From positions 1,888,001 through 1,952,000 of the forward strand of contig OZ244052.1 in NCBI GenBank assembly GCA_965215125.1: 64,000 nucleotides of DNA, written 5' to 3'. The notes under the pieces are model-generated. The model saw only the letters and a program-made list of their open reading frames with translations, was not told the origin of the DNA and ran no database searches. A program made the position numbers and the translations under genes. This document shows, in pieces, positions 17,679-28,700 of the stretch; position 1 is the stretch's first letter, and each line of letters opens with the position of its first letter. The stretch is from an uncultured candidatus Porisulfidus sp. (GTDB lineage Bacteria > Pseudomonadota > Gammaproteobacteria > Poriferisulfidales > Oxydemutatoraceae).

Positions 17679-18494
17679 CTAAGCATAAGGCACCAATACT
17701 TCACCCTTACCACCGACGGCGAGGTCGCCTATGTATCTTCGGATCAGCTTCTTGCGAGGAAGGTTTTGCAATGCCGGCATCAGTTGACCGATATGCTTGT
17801 AGAGTAGTATCAAAAAATCCATATTGTAATTAGAAGGTTGGCTGATGAAGGTATCGCCGAGCGTTTCGGCGGAACTCGCATCGCCGAGTAGCACGGTGCC
17901 GCGATGCATGCCATAAGCGCAGCGACTGCCGTTTTGTTTGAGCACGACGAGGTTTCCGGCTTTCATATGTGTAGCACCGTAGTCTCCGTTGTTGCCGCGC
18001 ACGACGATCAGACCGCGACGCATCAAATTGGCGGTACGGTCGCCTGCATTACCCATGATTAGCACGGTGCCACCGGACATTCCTTGCACCGCACCGATAG
18101 AAGCACCGCCGGTTGCATCGCCGGCATTGCCCTCGACGATGACGGTGCCACCGGACATGCTACATGCGGTATAATGACCGCTATCCCCGGTAATCTCCAA
18201 CTGTCCGCCGCCCAAAGTCGCTGCCGCATAATCTCCTACCGAACCCTCTACTTTGATTTGGTTTGCTTCCATTTTTGCGCCTACATAATCAAACTGCGTG
18301 CAGTCACCGTTAATCAATAAACTTTTGCTTGAGTCCTCTGCTATGTTGAATAAGTCGCCTACTGCAATATCGCCTTCCGAACTCGGTAGTGTTTGCTTTG
18401 CCAGTTGCTTTGCGGAGAGGCTATTGCAATAATCCGGCGTGAGCGTCTCGGCATTGATGCGCATCGTCGGGGAGGATTTTAATGTGAGTCTCAT
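17679..18494 (-). CDS. fhcC: Formyltransferase/hydrolase complex subunit C (FwdC-like)
   Basis: GXGXG beta-helix repeats (GMSGGTVLIMGNAGDR, MRRGLIVV), GDLAVGGKGEVL. ATG at 18494 overlaps the fhcD stop (ATGA). Confidence 0.9.
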   Translation of the reverse strand: MRLTLKSSPTMRINAETLTPDYCNSLSAKQLAKQTLPSSEGDIAVGDLFNIAEDSSKSLLINGDCTQFDYVGAKMEANQIKVEGSVGDYAAATLGGGQLEITGDSGHYTACSMSGGTVIVEGNAGDATGGASIGAVQGMSGGTVLIMGNAGDRTANLMRRGLIVVRGNNGDYGATHMKAGNLVVLKQNGSRCAYGMHRGTVLLGDASSAETLGDTFISQPSNYNMDFLILLYKHIGQLMPALQNLPRKKLIRRYIGDLAVGGKGEVLVPYA

Positions 18495-19411
18495 GCGCCT
18501 ATAATCTCCCACAAATGAAATTGATATTTTCCTAGATTCCCACCGTAATTGCCTGCCGAGATTGTCGTGATTCCCTCGGATAATCCCAACTCGCAGACTG
18601 CGGTAATGCCGACTCGCATCGCATCTATAATGTCCTGTACGTTGAGCCCGTCTATTACGATTTCCATCACCGCACCGGTATTGGCGCGTAGTTTGCTATC
18701 AACCATGCCTTTTAGGGTAGGACAATACTGTTCGTTCGTAGATGCACCGAGAAACTTATAGCGAGAGCCGACCTTGGAACCCGAGCGCACGCCGCCGCCG
18801 GGAAACGGCAAAACAAGATTCGGCAAGTCCGAGATGCTATCGATTGCGGCTTCGCATGCTTGCAGTGCTTGCGACGACGAGCGAGCAAAGATCAAAAAAT
18901 TACCGCCGCCGATCCCCGATGCCACGCCGGTATCGTCCTCGCAAATAAACTCGCCGTCCATCACCGGCACCCGCCAATAGCGTGTTTCTCCTATCACTTT
19001 GGAAGACTGATAGCCGTCTCCGAAATAACGAACATAGCGTCCGAGTGCAATTCTACGCTCGCCGTCCATGCCGGCGAATACCGCGCTGGTAGGGCAGGTC
19101 AACACGCATTGGGCGACTCGTCGCGTCAGTTGATCGCTTAGATTTCTGGTAGAAGTCGCAAACAGCAAAACCGAATAGCCCGGTCTGCTGTCGGGTGTCT
19201 CGGAGGATTTGTAGCGGCGTTCTATGCCGGCTTCTACATTGCAACCTATCACCGAAGTTGCAAAACCGACCGTCGTGCTTGCCGCATAGTGCGCCCATTT
19301 GTAGTTGATCGCAGTAATGATAATACGGGTTGCTCTCATGCCAAAAGCCTCGGCGTAGGTATTCTCTATCTCTACGCCGTTGATAGTAATGCCTTCTATG
19401 GGGTTCGACAT
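18491..19411 (-). CDS. fhcD: Formylmethanofuran:tetrahydromethanopterin formyltransferase
   Basis: NTYAEAF, GFATSVIGC, QCVLTCPT, PFPGGGVRSGSKVGS, SAGNYGGNLG. Confidence 0.95.
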   Translation of the reverse strand: MSNPIEGITINGVEIENTYAEAFGMRATRIIITAINYKWAHYAASTTVGFATSVIGCNVEAGIERRYKSSETPDSRPGYSVLLFATSTRNLSDQLTRRVAQCVLTCPTSAVFAGMDGERRIALGRYVRYFGDGYQSSKVIGETRYWRVPVMDGEFICEDDTGVASGIGGGNFLIFARSSSQALQACEAAIDSISDLPNLVLPFPGGGVRSGSKVGSRYKFLGASTNEQYCPTLKGMVDSKLRANTGAVMEIVIDGLNVQDIIDAMRVGITAVCELGLSEGITTISAGNYGGNLGKYQFHLWEIIGA

Positions 19412-21021
19412 GGGTGTTCGACGACCGGGCTACCTATTTGTTCGGCCATCTCGGTGTTGCTAATTTGACTGTTTTCAAAACCGACGGTGCGATAGTCTTC
19501 ATAGTGTGCCTTGATAATTTTCTCAACTCCGGAATCGTATTCGGGTTTAACGACATGGGTGTAAGAAGGCGGTATTTTTATCACTTTGCCGTCTTTGACC
19601 ATCAATTCCCCGTTTTTGAATACATAACGAGGGTGTGCAAACATCTGTTCTACATTTTGCGAGGGTATGTAGACGACGACATCGGCATCGGCACCGACCC
19701 CTAAATGTCCTTTATTGCGAAGCCCCAAACTACGCGCCGGTGCTGCACGGGTCATTATGGCAATTTCGTACAGAGAATATTCTCTTTTGATACTGTCTAA
19801 AGTTGACATTTTTCTGGCTTCGGGGTGTAATCTCGAGAACATATCGATGCGATAACTGCGATCCATCAGCAAGCGTATCAAGTGCGGGTAACTCGTAAAA
19901 GGTGCGCCGTTCGGATGGTCGGTGGTCAAGAAAACACGCCACGGATCTTTGATTAACAGGAAAATTTCCAAGCCGATCGCCCATTGTAGTGCATTGACGA
20001 ATTTTTTATCTTGGTAATGAAACGGCACCACCCCACAACCGGCTTCGGCTTCTATATCCATCACCGTCCATTTATCCGGCGAGGCATGCCGATGGTGTGC
20101 ATATTGCATCATATTATCGCCGGATGTAGTGACAGTCTGACCGAACATAATCTGCCCGACATCGGTAGTCAAATGAGGATTGTTGTTGATGGCTTCGGAG
20201 ATCTCGGCGGCAGCGGATGAAAAACGTTGATCACCCTCGGTGCCGTAGCTATGAAATTGTATATGCGTCAAATGCATCGGATAACCGTCGGCAGCCTTGA
20301 TCGTGTCCAGCGTCGTTCTATAATTTCCCGGCACCCCCAAATTGCTGGCATGGACATGCAAGGGATGCGGTGTATTAAGTTCGTTGAGTGTTCGCGTCAG
20401 ACATTCTACGATTTGACGCGGTGTGACACCGTAAGGAACCGAGGCCTCGTCTATATCGAGCTTGCGCTGATTGAACTTGAACGCGTTGATGCCGCCGGGG
20501 TTGACTATTTTAACCGCGATCGCTTGGGTTTTGTCTATCATCCAAGCGACATAGTCGCGTATGGTTTTGGGGTCGGCTTTGGTTGCCAACAATTTCAAAA
20601 ACAGATCGGTATTTCCGACCATGATATAAGCACCGGTATCGACGCAAGGCGTATCCGCCATTTCCAAGTGTGCTTGCCGCGCATTGCAAGCGAGCATCGC
20701 CGGTTCAAAACCGGCGGTGTATCCCATCTCGGCATAGCGGATACCGGCATTGTGAGTATCGAGCGCATCGCCTTCGCACCCCGCTCCGTGTACATCGTTC
20801 ATCATACAGCGTGCGATATTGACTTTGCCACCGCCGATATGCGTGTGTATATCGATCGCCCCCGGCATCACCACGCTGCCGGCGATATCATATACGGTAT
20901 ATTTATCGGTATCGTTCGGAGACGGAATAATTTTTCCATCCTTTACATAAATATCGGCAACCGTACCGTCGACCCCGTTGATCGGATCGTAGATTTTGCC
21001 GCCGGTTAATTTAATCGTCAT
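19396..21021 (-). CDS. fhcA: Formyltransferase/hydrolase complex subunit A (amidohydrolase, FwdA-like)
   Basis: DIHTHIGGGKVN, KIVNPGG, HPLHVHASNLG, HLTHIQFHSYG, QWAIGLE, LTTDHPNG. Confidence 0.95.
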   Translation of the reverse strand: MTIKLTGGKIYDPINGVDGTVADIYVKDGKIIPSPNDTDKYTVYDIAGSVVMPGAIDIHTHIGGGKVNIARCMMNDVHGAGCEGDALDTHNAGIRYAEMGYTAGFEPAMLACNARQAHLEMADTPCVDTGAYIMVGNTDLFLKLLATKADPKTIRDYVAWMIDKTQAIAVKIVNPGGINAFKFNQRKLDIDEASVPYGVTPRQIVECLTRTLNELNTPHPLHVHASNLGVPGNYRTTLDTIKAADGYPMHLTHIQFHSYGTEGDQRFSSAAAEISEAINNNPHLTTDVGQIMFGQTVTTSGDNMMQYAHHRHASPDKWTVMDIEAEAGCGVVPFHYQDKKFVNALQWAIGLEIFLLIKDPWRVFLTTDHPNGAPFTSYPHLIRLLMDRSYRIDMFSRLHPEARKMSTLDSIKREYSLYEIAIMTRAAPARSLGLRNKGHLGVGADADVVVYIPSQNVEQMFAHPRYVFKNGELMVKDGKVIKIPPSYTHVVKPEYDSGVEKIIKAHYEDYRTVGFENSQISNTEMAEQIGSPVVEHPCRTP

Positions 21022-22285
21022 TTTGTCGACCCAGTTGAAGTTGTATGTCTCGTAGTATTTCGTGCAAGGCCGGAAGTGCGCTGTCTCGCAGTTTGCGGAG
21101 CGGCAGTATTATAACACCGTCGGTGCGATAACTATAGCCGGTATGGTCTACGCCGGGGACACCGCACGGCACGACTAAATCGTTTGTTAATTCTTCGGCA
21201 ATCTTAGGATGTGCAAAAACAATCGTCGGCAAGTCGCTCGGCGGCGGTGGTTCGGGATGGATGGAAGCGATCCAAACGAGTAGATCGGCGCGGCGGTTTT
21301 TTAGTAGCTCGGGCGTGCGGTTATGTAGCGGGTTGTAGTATGTCTGCTCGGAATTAAACGATAGACAGCCCGGATAACCGCTCTGCCATAAACAGACGCT
21401 CTGCGCGTTACCTGCTCCGCGATTACCGCTCAATACCAAGCTGACGCAACGTTTTCTCAAGTTTATTTTTTTGATTACTCGGGCGAGTAACAGGATGCCT
21501 AAATCGGCATGTGGATAATCCATATCCTTAGCCGACCAAACGAAAGCCGGATACTCGGCGCGTTCTATATCGGCTGCGAGTGTTGCATAGAGCGTGCTAT
21601 CGTCTTTATCGTTTTCAGGCTCGGCTTCCGAGTGTTGCTCGAATTGTTTGCCAAATTGTCTATCGATGTGCATCCCGAGTTTTTGTATCACATCGGGGAA
21701 TGCTTCGGGTGGAGTATTCACGATATCGCAGTCCGCCTTCAAAATATCCGGTATGTTTTCAGGTTGCCAAGGACCGATTAAAACCGATTTTTTTTGAGTT
21801 TTATTCTTATAGATTCTCTGAAGCAATCGTGGGTAATCGTCGAATAAACGGCTGCCTACAAAGATAAGCAAATCGGCACGGCGATGTATTTCCGAGAGTG
21901 TGGCACCGACGATGCCGAAACCATGCATTATTCTAAGGTTGCGTAAAGTTTTATCGCTGTCTGCATGATCTAAAGTTGCATTGCACTGCCTAGCCAAAGG
22001 CACCAAGGCGCGCATCGCTTGTATGTCGGTAATCAACCCGCCGAACAAAGGATGTTTGGCTCGTTTGAGCATTTTACTCGCCTCGGCAACGGCTTCGGTT
22101 TGCGTAATCTCTTTGCCTTTATGGCGAGGTTTGGTCGTAGAGATTTGAGATGCGTTTTCGTAGCTCGTACGGCAAAATGCCGGTAAGTTTTCGTCTACGA
22201 TGAGTTTGCCGTTGTTGCTTTTAATGTTTAAGTCATCGCATGTCAAAGCACAAAACGGACAAGTCGCATGATCAAAAGTCTTCAT
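21011..22285 (-). CDS. fhcB: Formyltransferase/hydrolase complex subunit B (FwdB-like)
   Basis: TCPFCALTCDDL N-terminus, WQSGYP, GVDHTG..YRTDGV.LPL; first gene of the BADC order. Confidence 0.9.
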   Translation of the reverse strand: MKTFDHATCPFCALTCDDLNIKSNNGKLIVDENLPAFCRTSYENASQISTTKPRHKGKEITQTEAVAEASKMLKRAKHPLFGGLITDIQAMRALVPLARQCNATLDHADSDKTLRNLRIMHGFGIVGATLSEIHRRADLLIFVGSRLFDDYPRLLQRIYKNKTQKKSVLIGPWQPENIPDILKADCDIVNTPPEAFPDVIQKLGMHIDRQFGKQFEQHSEAEPENDKDDSTLYATLAADIERAEYPAFVWSAKDMDYPHADLGILLLARVIKKINLRKRCVSLVLSGNRGAGNAQSVCLWQSGYPGCLSFNSEQTYYNPLHNRTPELLKNRRADLLVWIASIHPEPPPPSDLPTIVFAHPKIAEELTNDLVVPCGVPGVDHTGYSYRTDGVIILPLRKLRDSALPALHEILRDIQLQLGRQNDD

Positions 22286-22534
22286 TCGGTTTATTTCTAT
22301 GAGTTAGGGGTTATTGTGCATATCGGGGAACTATTATATAACATCATGTGGGGATAAATCATTCTTATCGGCAAATGTTTTATATGCCACGCCGTATAGG
22401 TATCTATTACATAGACATCCGGAGGGACAAATCATTCCCCTCCGTTGGAGGGGATTACTGCCTGAAGGTGTTGTATTATGTGACTCATATCATTATCCGC
22501 TTATACGAAATGTCAAAAAAAAATAAAGATATGC

Positions 22535-22708
22535 AAATATAGTATAATACGCTAAATGTATATCGTTGTTCCATGAACCGTATTAAATGAGTTTATATAT
22601 CATTTTGTTTTAATTAAAAAAAGGGAAATATAGTTATAATACGATACATGTAAATTGTTGCTCTATGAACCATATTAATAAATTTATATATATCATTTTA
22701 TTTTCATT
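22535..22708 (+). promoter_or_regulatory. Degenerate tandem duplication of the putative promoter/start region of the giant gene
   Basis: 22535-22615 aligns with 22626-22708. Each copy has TATAAT followed by ATGAAC(C)...; AT-rich divergent intergenic region. Confidence 0.6.
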
Positions 22709-25700
22709 CACATTGTTTGCAAGTGAAGGAAATGCACAGACATCTACGCCTACGATAACGGTTTCTATTTCGTATGATGGTCCTGCTTCTGTATACGAGA
22801 GTACGGTTGAGCGGCAATCTCGGGTAGATAACCAAATCATCTCGGACCTCGGAGACAACAAAATAGGATTCACCCTTTCTTTAAGTCGCGCGTTGACCGG
22901 CGGCGAGGCCTTAGATGTGGGGTTGAACATCATCGGTGAGCGTGGTTTTGATATAAACGATTTAGTTACACCTAGTTTGACCCTTGCGACCGGTCGCTCC
23001 GGCGTGAGCCTAGCCGATACCGATATGCTCAATCCTTATGTTCGCTTCAGGGGTGGAAGTCCAACAACCGCCGGTTTAGTGTTGCGCATAAAAAACGACA
23101 ATATACTCGAAGAGGATATCAATTTGAGCGTTGTTATCGGGGCAACGAGTGCTACGAATATCGGGGCAACGAGTGCTACGAATATTCCCCTTGTTACCAA
23201 AGATAACACCGCCGACCGTTTTAGCGTAAGACTGATGGACGATGAATACACTTTTTGTTTTGATCGGAACAGCCATGTATTCGCCGAGAATATCGGTACC
23301 GCAGAATTGGGTTTGCGAGTTGCAGGTCCGGACGGGGTGCCGAGGCGATTACCTAGAGATAGCAGCATAAATTTTGCATACCGAAACATTACCGCTAACA
23401 CATACAACAATCTTGATCGGGTTCCTTCCCGCCGGGTAGATTATCAGGCAATACACTCGGGGTCCGATTACTTAAACCTTGATATGGGAACCACCGAATA
23501 TACTTTGGCGATTCCGATAACCAACGATACTCGGGCGGAGCCGGATGAAAGGTTTGGAATTGCCGTGGTTGGTCTTTGTGACGACGAAACGATAGTCACT
23601 ATCCGCGACGACGACAGAATTGCAGCCGACATCAAAGCAGACCGGCCTTCAATAGCCGAGGGTGGCGATGTGACATTCACGATTTCGCTACGAAGCAGGA
23701 CCAGCAGCGAACTTGCAATGCCGACCCCGCTGCCGAATAGTGTTCAAATCACCGTCTCGGACTATCCGGGCAGCGATTTTATACCGCAAGCATTCGAGAG
23801 TACCCGGCACATTGCGCTCAATACGATGCCGGGACAGACTATGGTCACTGCTTCTTTCACCGTTCGTACCGTCGATAACAACCAAGACGATAGGGTGCAC
23901 CGAATACGTGCCGAAATCTCCGAACCACCCGATTATGACTCTATCATCGGGAGCGTTGCTACGGTTAGCGTTCTAGACGACGAGCCTAGAGTATCCATCA
24001 CTGCCGCCGCAGAAGGAATCTACAAAGGCGAGGATGCGGTATTCACGGTGGAATTAGACACACTTACGGAAAACAATACAACGGTGGGTTTGAGGGTCGC
24101 AGAAAGCGGAGACGAAGATTTTATAGACGACTCGCAGTACGAAGGCATCCGCACCGTTATCGTTCCTGCGGGCAGGACGCAAGCGGAATATACGATTCCC
24201 ACTGCACCGATAGACGACGGCAACAGTTCGGCTGTCGGCGGTGTCACCGTAAGCATAATCGCCTCGTCTAACGAAACTTACACCTTAGGCGACCCCAATT
24301 CCGCAACAATCGCTATCGTAGATGTCCAATGCGGTTATATCATCGATGTCGATGCCGACGACGACGGCTTAATAGAGATTTGCGATTTGGACGGCTTGAA
24401 CGAAATCCGATATTCCCTAGACGGCAGTGGACATAAAGCGAGTCCCGATGCGCCATTGAACACCAGAGGTTGCGACGAGGACGGAGATAACGATGGTGTG
24501 TGTAGAGGCTACGAGCTCAACGGAGATTTAGACTTTAACGATGCGGACAGCTATCGTTCGGGTGTTGTAAATCGCGGCTGGATCGAGAGTGTAGGTTGGC
24601 CACCGATCGGCACTATACTTGAGAGGTTCTCCGGGCAATTTGAAGCGAACGGTCGCAACATTGCCAATCTTTATATAAACCGTCCGACGATTAACAATGT
24701 CGGTTTGTTCAGAGAGACTGCACCGTCGGCGACGATTAGGCTTCTTAGATTGTCCAATGTCAATATCACGGGTAGGTCGGGAGTCGGTGCCTTAGTCGGT
24801 ATCAACGAAGGCATTGTCGGTGCCGTAGATATCATAAACGGTCGTGTGATCGGTCGCGGCGACAACATCGGCGGCGTGGTCGGCATCAGCGAGGGTGCCG
24901 TCGTCGGTGTCAATATATTGCTCGAGGCGGTTAGCGGTGGCATTGTTGAAAGACGTTGCCGAGACAACCTTGAAGCAACGAATTGTGCCGAAGCGGAGAA
25001 AGTTGCAACGGTTCTGGAAAACGGCATCAATGTCGGTGGTTTAATCGGTGATAACAACGGCAATGTTGCCAACAACTTCGTCTCCATCAATGTATTGGGT
25101 GCGAGCCGTGTCGGTGGTTTGATCGGTTTTAGTTCGGCAGGCGTGCAAGGCGGCAATGTAGTCAACGGCAGTGTGCGTGGCAACGAATACACCGGTGGCC
25201 TGATAGGCTACAGTATCCATTCCGTCTTAGATAGCATATCAAGAGCCGATGTCGTGGTTAACGGTTCCTACGCCGGCGGCTTGATCGGTTATGCTTGCCG
25301 GCTCAGGTCCGGCACGCGTCGGTGTCTATTGCCCGGCGAGGTTTTAGATTCCGCCGGCGCGGCACTTCAAATCACCGGCAGTTCGTCACCACGCGGCGAT
25401 GTAGAAGGCGGTGATTATACCGGGGGTCTAATCGGTTTTAGTAGCATCGCAATCACCGGCGGTTCGTCACGCGGCGATGTAACAGGCGGCGATTATAGCG
25501 GCGGTTTAGTCGGTTATAGTAGCGACGACATCGTCGATAGTGTCGTCGAAGAAAGCACGGTTTCGGCTAAGGACTATGTCGGAGGTCTGGTCGGTTTTCA
25601 TTCCGGTAGGCAAATTATCAACGGCAAGGCAACCGGTATTACGCTGACCGGTGGTAGCAATCTGGGTGGTCTGGTCGGCATGTCGGAAGTAACAACCGCC

Positions 25701-28700
25701 GTTAGTGTAATTACCGATGCAGTCGCCGAAGGCAGTATTGTGGGTGATACCGTTATCGGCGGCTTGGTCGGCCACGCTTCTGCGTTGCGAGTCACCGATA
25801 GCACGGCAGATGTTCCGGTCACGGCGATGGATAGCGATGCCGAGAATGTCGGCGGATTGATCGGCAGAGTAGAAAGCGGTAGCATCACCGGCAGCCGTGC
25901 AAGCGGCGATGTTCGAGGTAGTTTCCACATCGGCGGCTTGGTCGGCAATGCCGGACAAGCGGAGATCGGCGATAGCCATGCAACCGGTAATGTCAACGGC
26001 ACCGCCCATAACGTCGGCGGTTTGGTCGGTAGCATAAACGGCACTCGCATCGAAGACAGCTATGCAACCGGCGATGTGCGCGGGAGTTATCATATCGGTG
26101 GCTTGGTCGGCATCGGCGAACAATTAAACATCGGTCGTAGCTATGCGATCGGCAATGTAAACGGTAGTGCTTATAACATCGGTGGTTTGGCAGGCTATCT
26201 AAACCGTGGCAATATCACCTTCGTTTATGCAACGGGTTCGGTGATAGGAGACAATAGTGCCGACCCCGGCGTAGATAATAATGTAGACAATGTCGGTGGC
26301 TTGGTCGGCAGGGCAGACGCTATCTCGCTCGTCAACGGCTATGCTATCAATCCCACGGTATCCGGTGTCGACAGAGTCGGTGGTTTAATCGGTATTAAAT
26401 CCGGGGGTTCGGTGCGCATCGCGTATGCCCGAAGTTCGGTTTTAGGTACTAACAGAGTCGGTGGTTTGATCGGCGATAACAACGGGCGGGTTGCTACCAC
26501 CTATGCGGCGGGCAGGGTTTCGGCAAGCGGTAGCGATGTCGGTGGCTTAATCGGTCATAACCAAGCGAGTAGGGTTAGAGTCTTTACCGACGGCGAAGTA
26601 GAGGATAGCTACTGGGATATCACCGAGAGTGATACCGCATCGAGCGATGCCGGGATAGGCTTTAGCGATCTCAAAGTCGCAACCGGGCCCAGCCGACTTC
26701 CCGACGGTATTTTTTTCCGCTGGCGTAATGAAGATTGGGATTTCGGTACTGCCGAGCAATATCCGTGGCTCAGAGATGCTAGCGGCGAGGTTTCTCTACG
26801 GCAAAGTGGGTTGACCGATATCACTTTCAACAATACCGCATTAACACCACCTTTCGATTCGGGCATATCCGAATACTATGTGCTGTTAAGCCAAAATTTG
26901 CAACAAGCCACACTGAACATCCGCTTGAACTCGAGCGATGACGTTGTCGGTGTCGTCAAAGTCGGCGACACCGCACCACCTACCCAAGTGCGAGGTGGGG
27001 GTGATGTGGCTATTACCCTGAACACCGATCTTGAACCCACCGTCTTTATCGTCGCCCAACGTTATCGGGTACAAATCGTTAGCGAGTTGAGGGTAAATAT
27101 CGCTACGGATCGGCAAGACCGAACCGTAGAAGAAGGTCAACCCCTGCGCTTGACCGTTGAAGACAACATCGTCAATGCACTTCCGCTGACTTACACTTGG
27201 CGGCAAACCGCCCCGAGCAATAGACTATTGGCGGATGCACTGGAGACGGGCATCACCGTCGATCAACCCGAGTTTGTTATCACGGTTCCCCCCGCTATCG
27301 TGCCGCCGTTGGAAAACGAACTCGCTATCACCTTAGAAGTAACAGCGAGTGGTGATATCGCCGGTTCCCCGCAAAGTAGCACCGTGCAACTGCGTGTTCT
27401 AAAAGCCGATAACGGTGTTGGCGTTTTAACCGCGCCGAGTTATGTCGCAGAGACTTCGGCATTGGAAGTGCCTAATTTTATGCAAGATATCGCCACCGAC
27501 CCCGACGGCGAAGCCGACGATGCCGATCAAAACATCCGCTATCAATGGCAATACGACAGAGACGGTTCGTGGGAAGACATAGACGGTGCGCGCGATGCTC
27601 GCTACGACACCTCCGAGCGCAATGTGCCGCCGCTTACTCGATATCGACTGCAAGCACGCTACATAGACGGGCAAGGTTACGATAACACCGTGATATCGCA
27701 AGCGTCGGAGCAGATCGTAGACGGAGATAGAGACGGCATGATAGATATCTATCATCTGGAGGATCTAAACTTGGTCAGATACCGGCTCGACGGTGGTGCC
27801 TATACGACACGACCGGATGATGCCGGATTAACCGGCGGTTGTCCCGGCAGCGGTTGTTTCGGCTACGAACTCACCAGAGACTTGGATTTCAACGACTCGA
27901 ACAGCTATGCTTCGGGCGTAGTCAATTCGGACTGGACGGTTGAAGACTTCGGCGTCCCTGCCGATACCGGCTGGCAACCGATAGGTGAGGAGGACTTGAA
28001 TGTCTGCGACTCTTCACCGAACAGCTGCTTCACCGGCGTTTTCGACGGCAACGGCTATACGCTATCCAACTTGCAGATCAACAGAAAAGGAATATCGGAT
28101 AATGCCAATATCGCCTTGTTTGTCGGGGTGTCCGGTGATAATGCCGTCATACGCGATATCGGTTTAGTCAACGCAAGGATAGAGTCTTTTAGTACTAGGA
28201 TACTGCCCTTTCTTAAAGTTGCCGGTTTGGCAAGTATCAACGAAGCCAAAATTATCAACAGTTATATACAAGGTCGAATTGCCATAGAACATGCCGTAGT
28301 AGGCGGGATTAGTAGTTTGAGTAGGGGAGAGATTATCAACAGCTACGCAGACATCGACATTCGTGTCGAACAGAACCTCTTTTTTCAAAATTATGTCGGT
28401 GGCTTGGTCGGAACCGTCGTGTCGGGTCTGGTCGTCAATAGCTATGCAATCGGTCGTATCGGCGGTGGTCATATAAACACCGCAGGTGGGCTGGCGGGAG
28501 CTAACGATTCGGGTAGAATTATCAATAGCTATGCATCGGTTGACTTCGACTCGCAAACTCGAGATGATGCTTTTTATACGGTAGGCGGTTTGGTGGGACG
28601 TCTGATAGAAGGAACAGACGGTGAGGGTGCCCTCATTCACAATAGCTATGCGTCGGGTGCAATCATCTCCCGAATCAATGTTCCTCGGGACAGCCCGGAC

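Noticed and set aside
20227-21009. 260-aa + strand ORF
   Set aside because: It is fully antisense to the well-conserved fhcA and shows no recognisable motifs.
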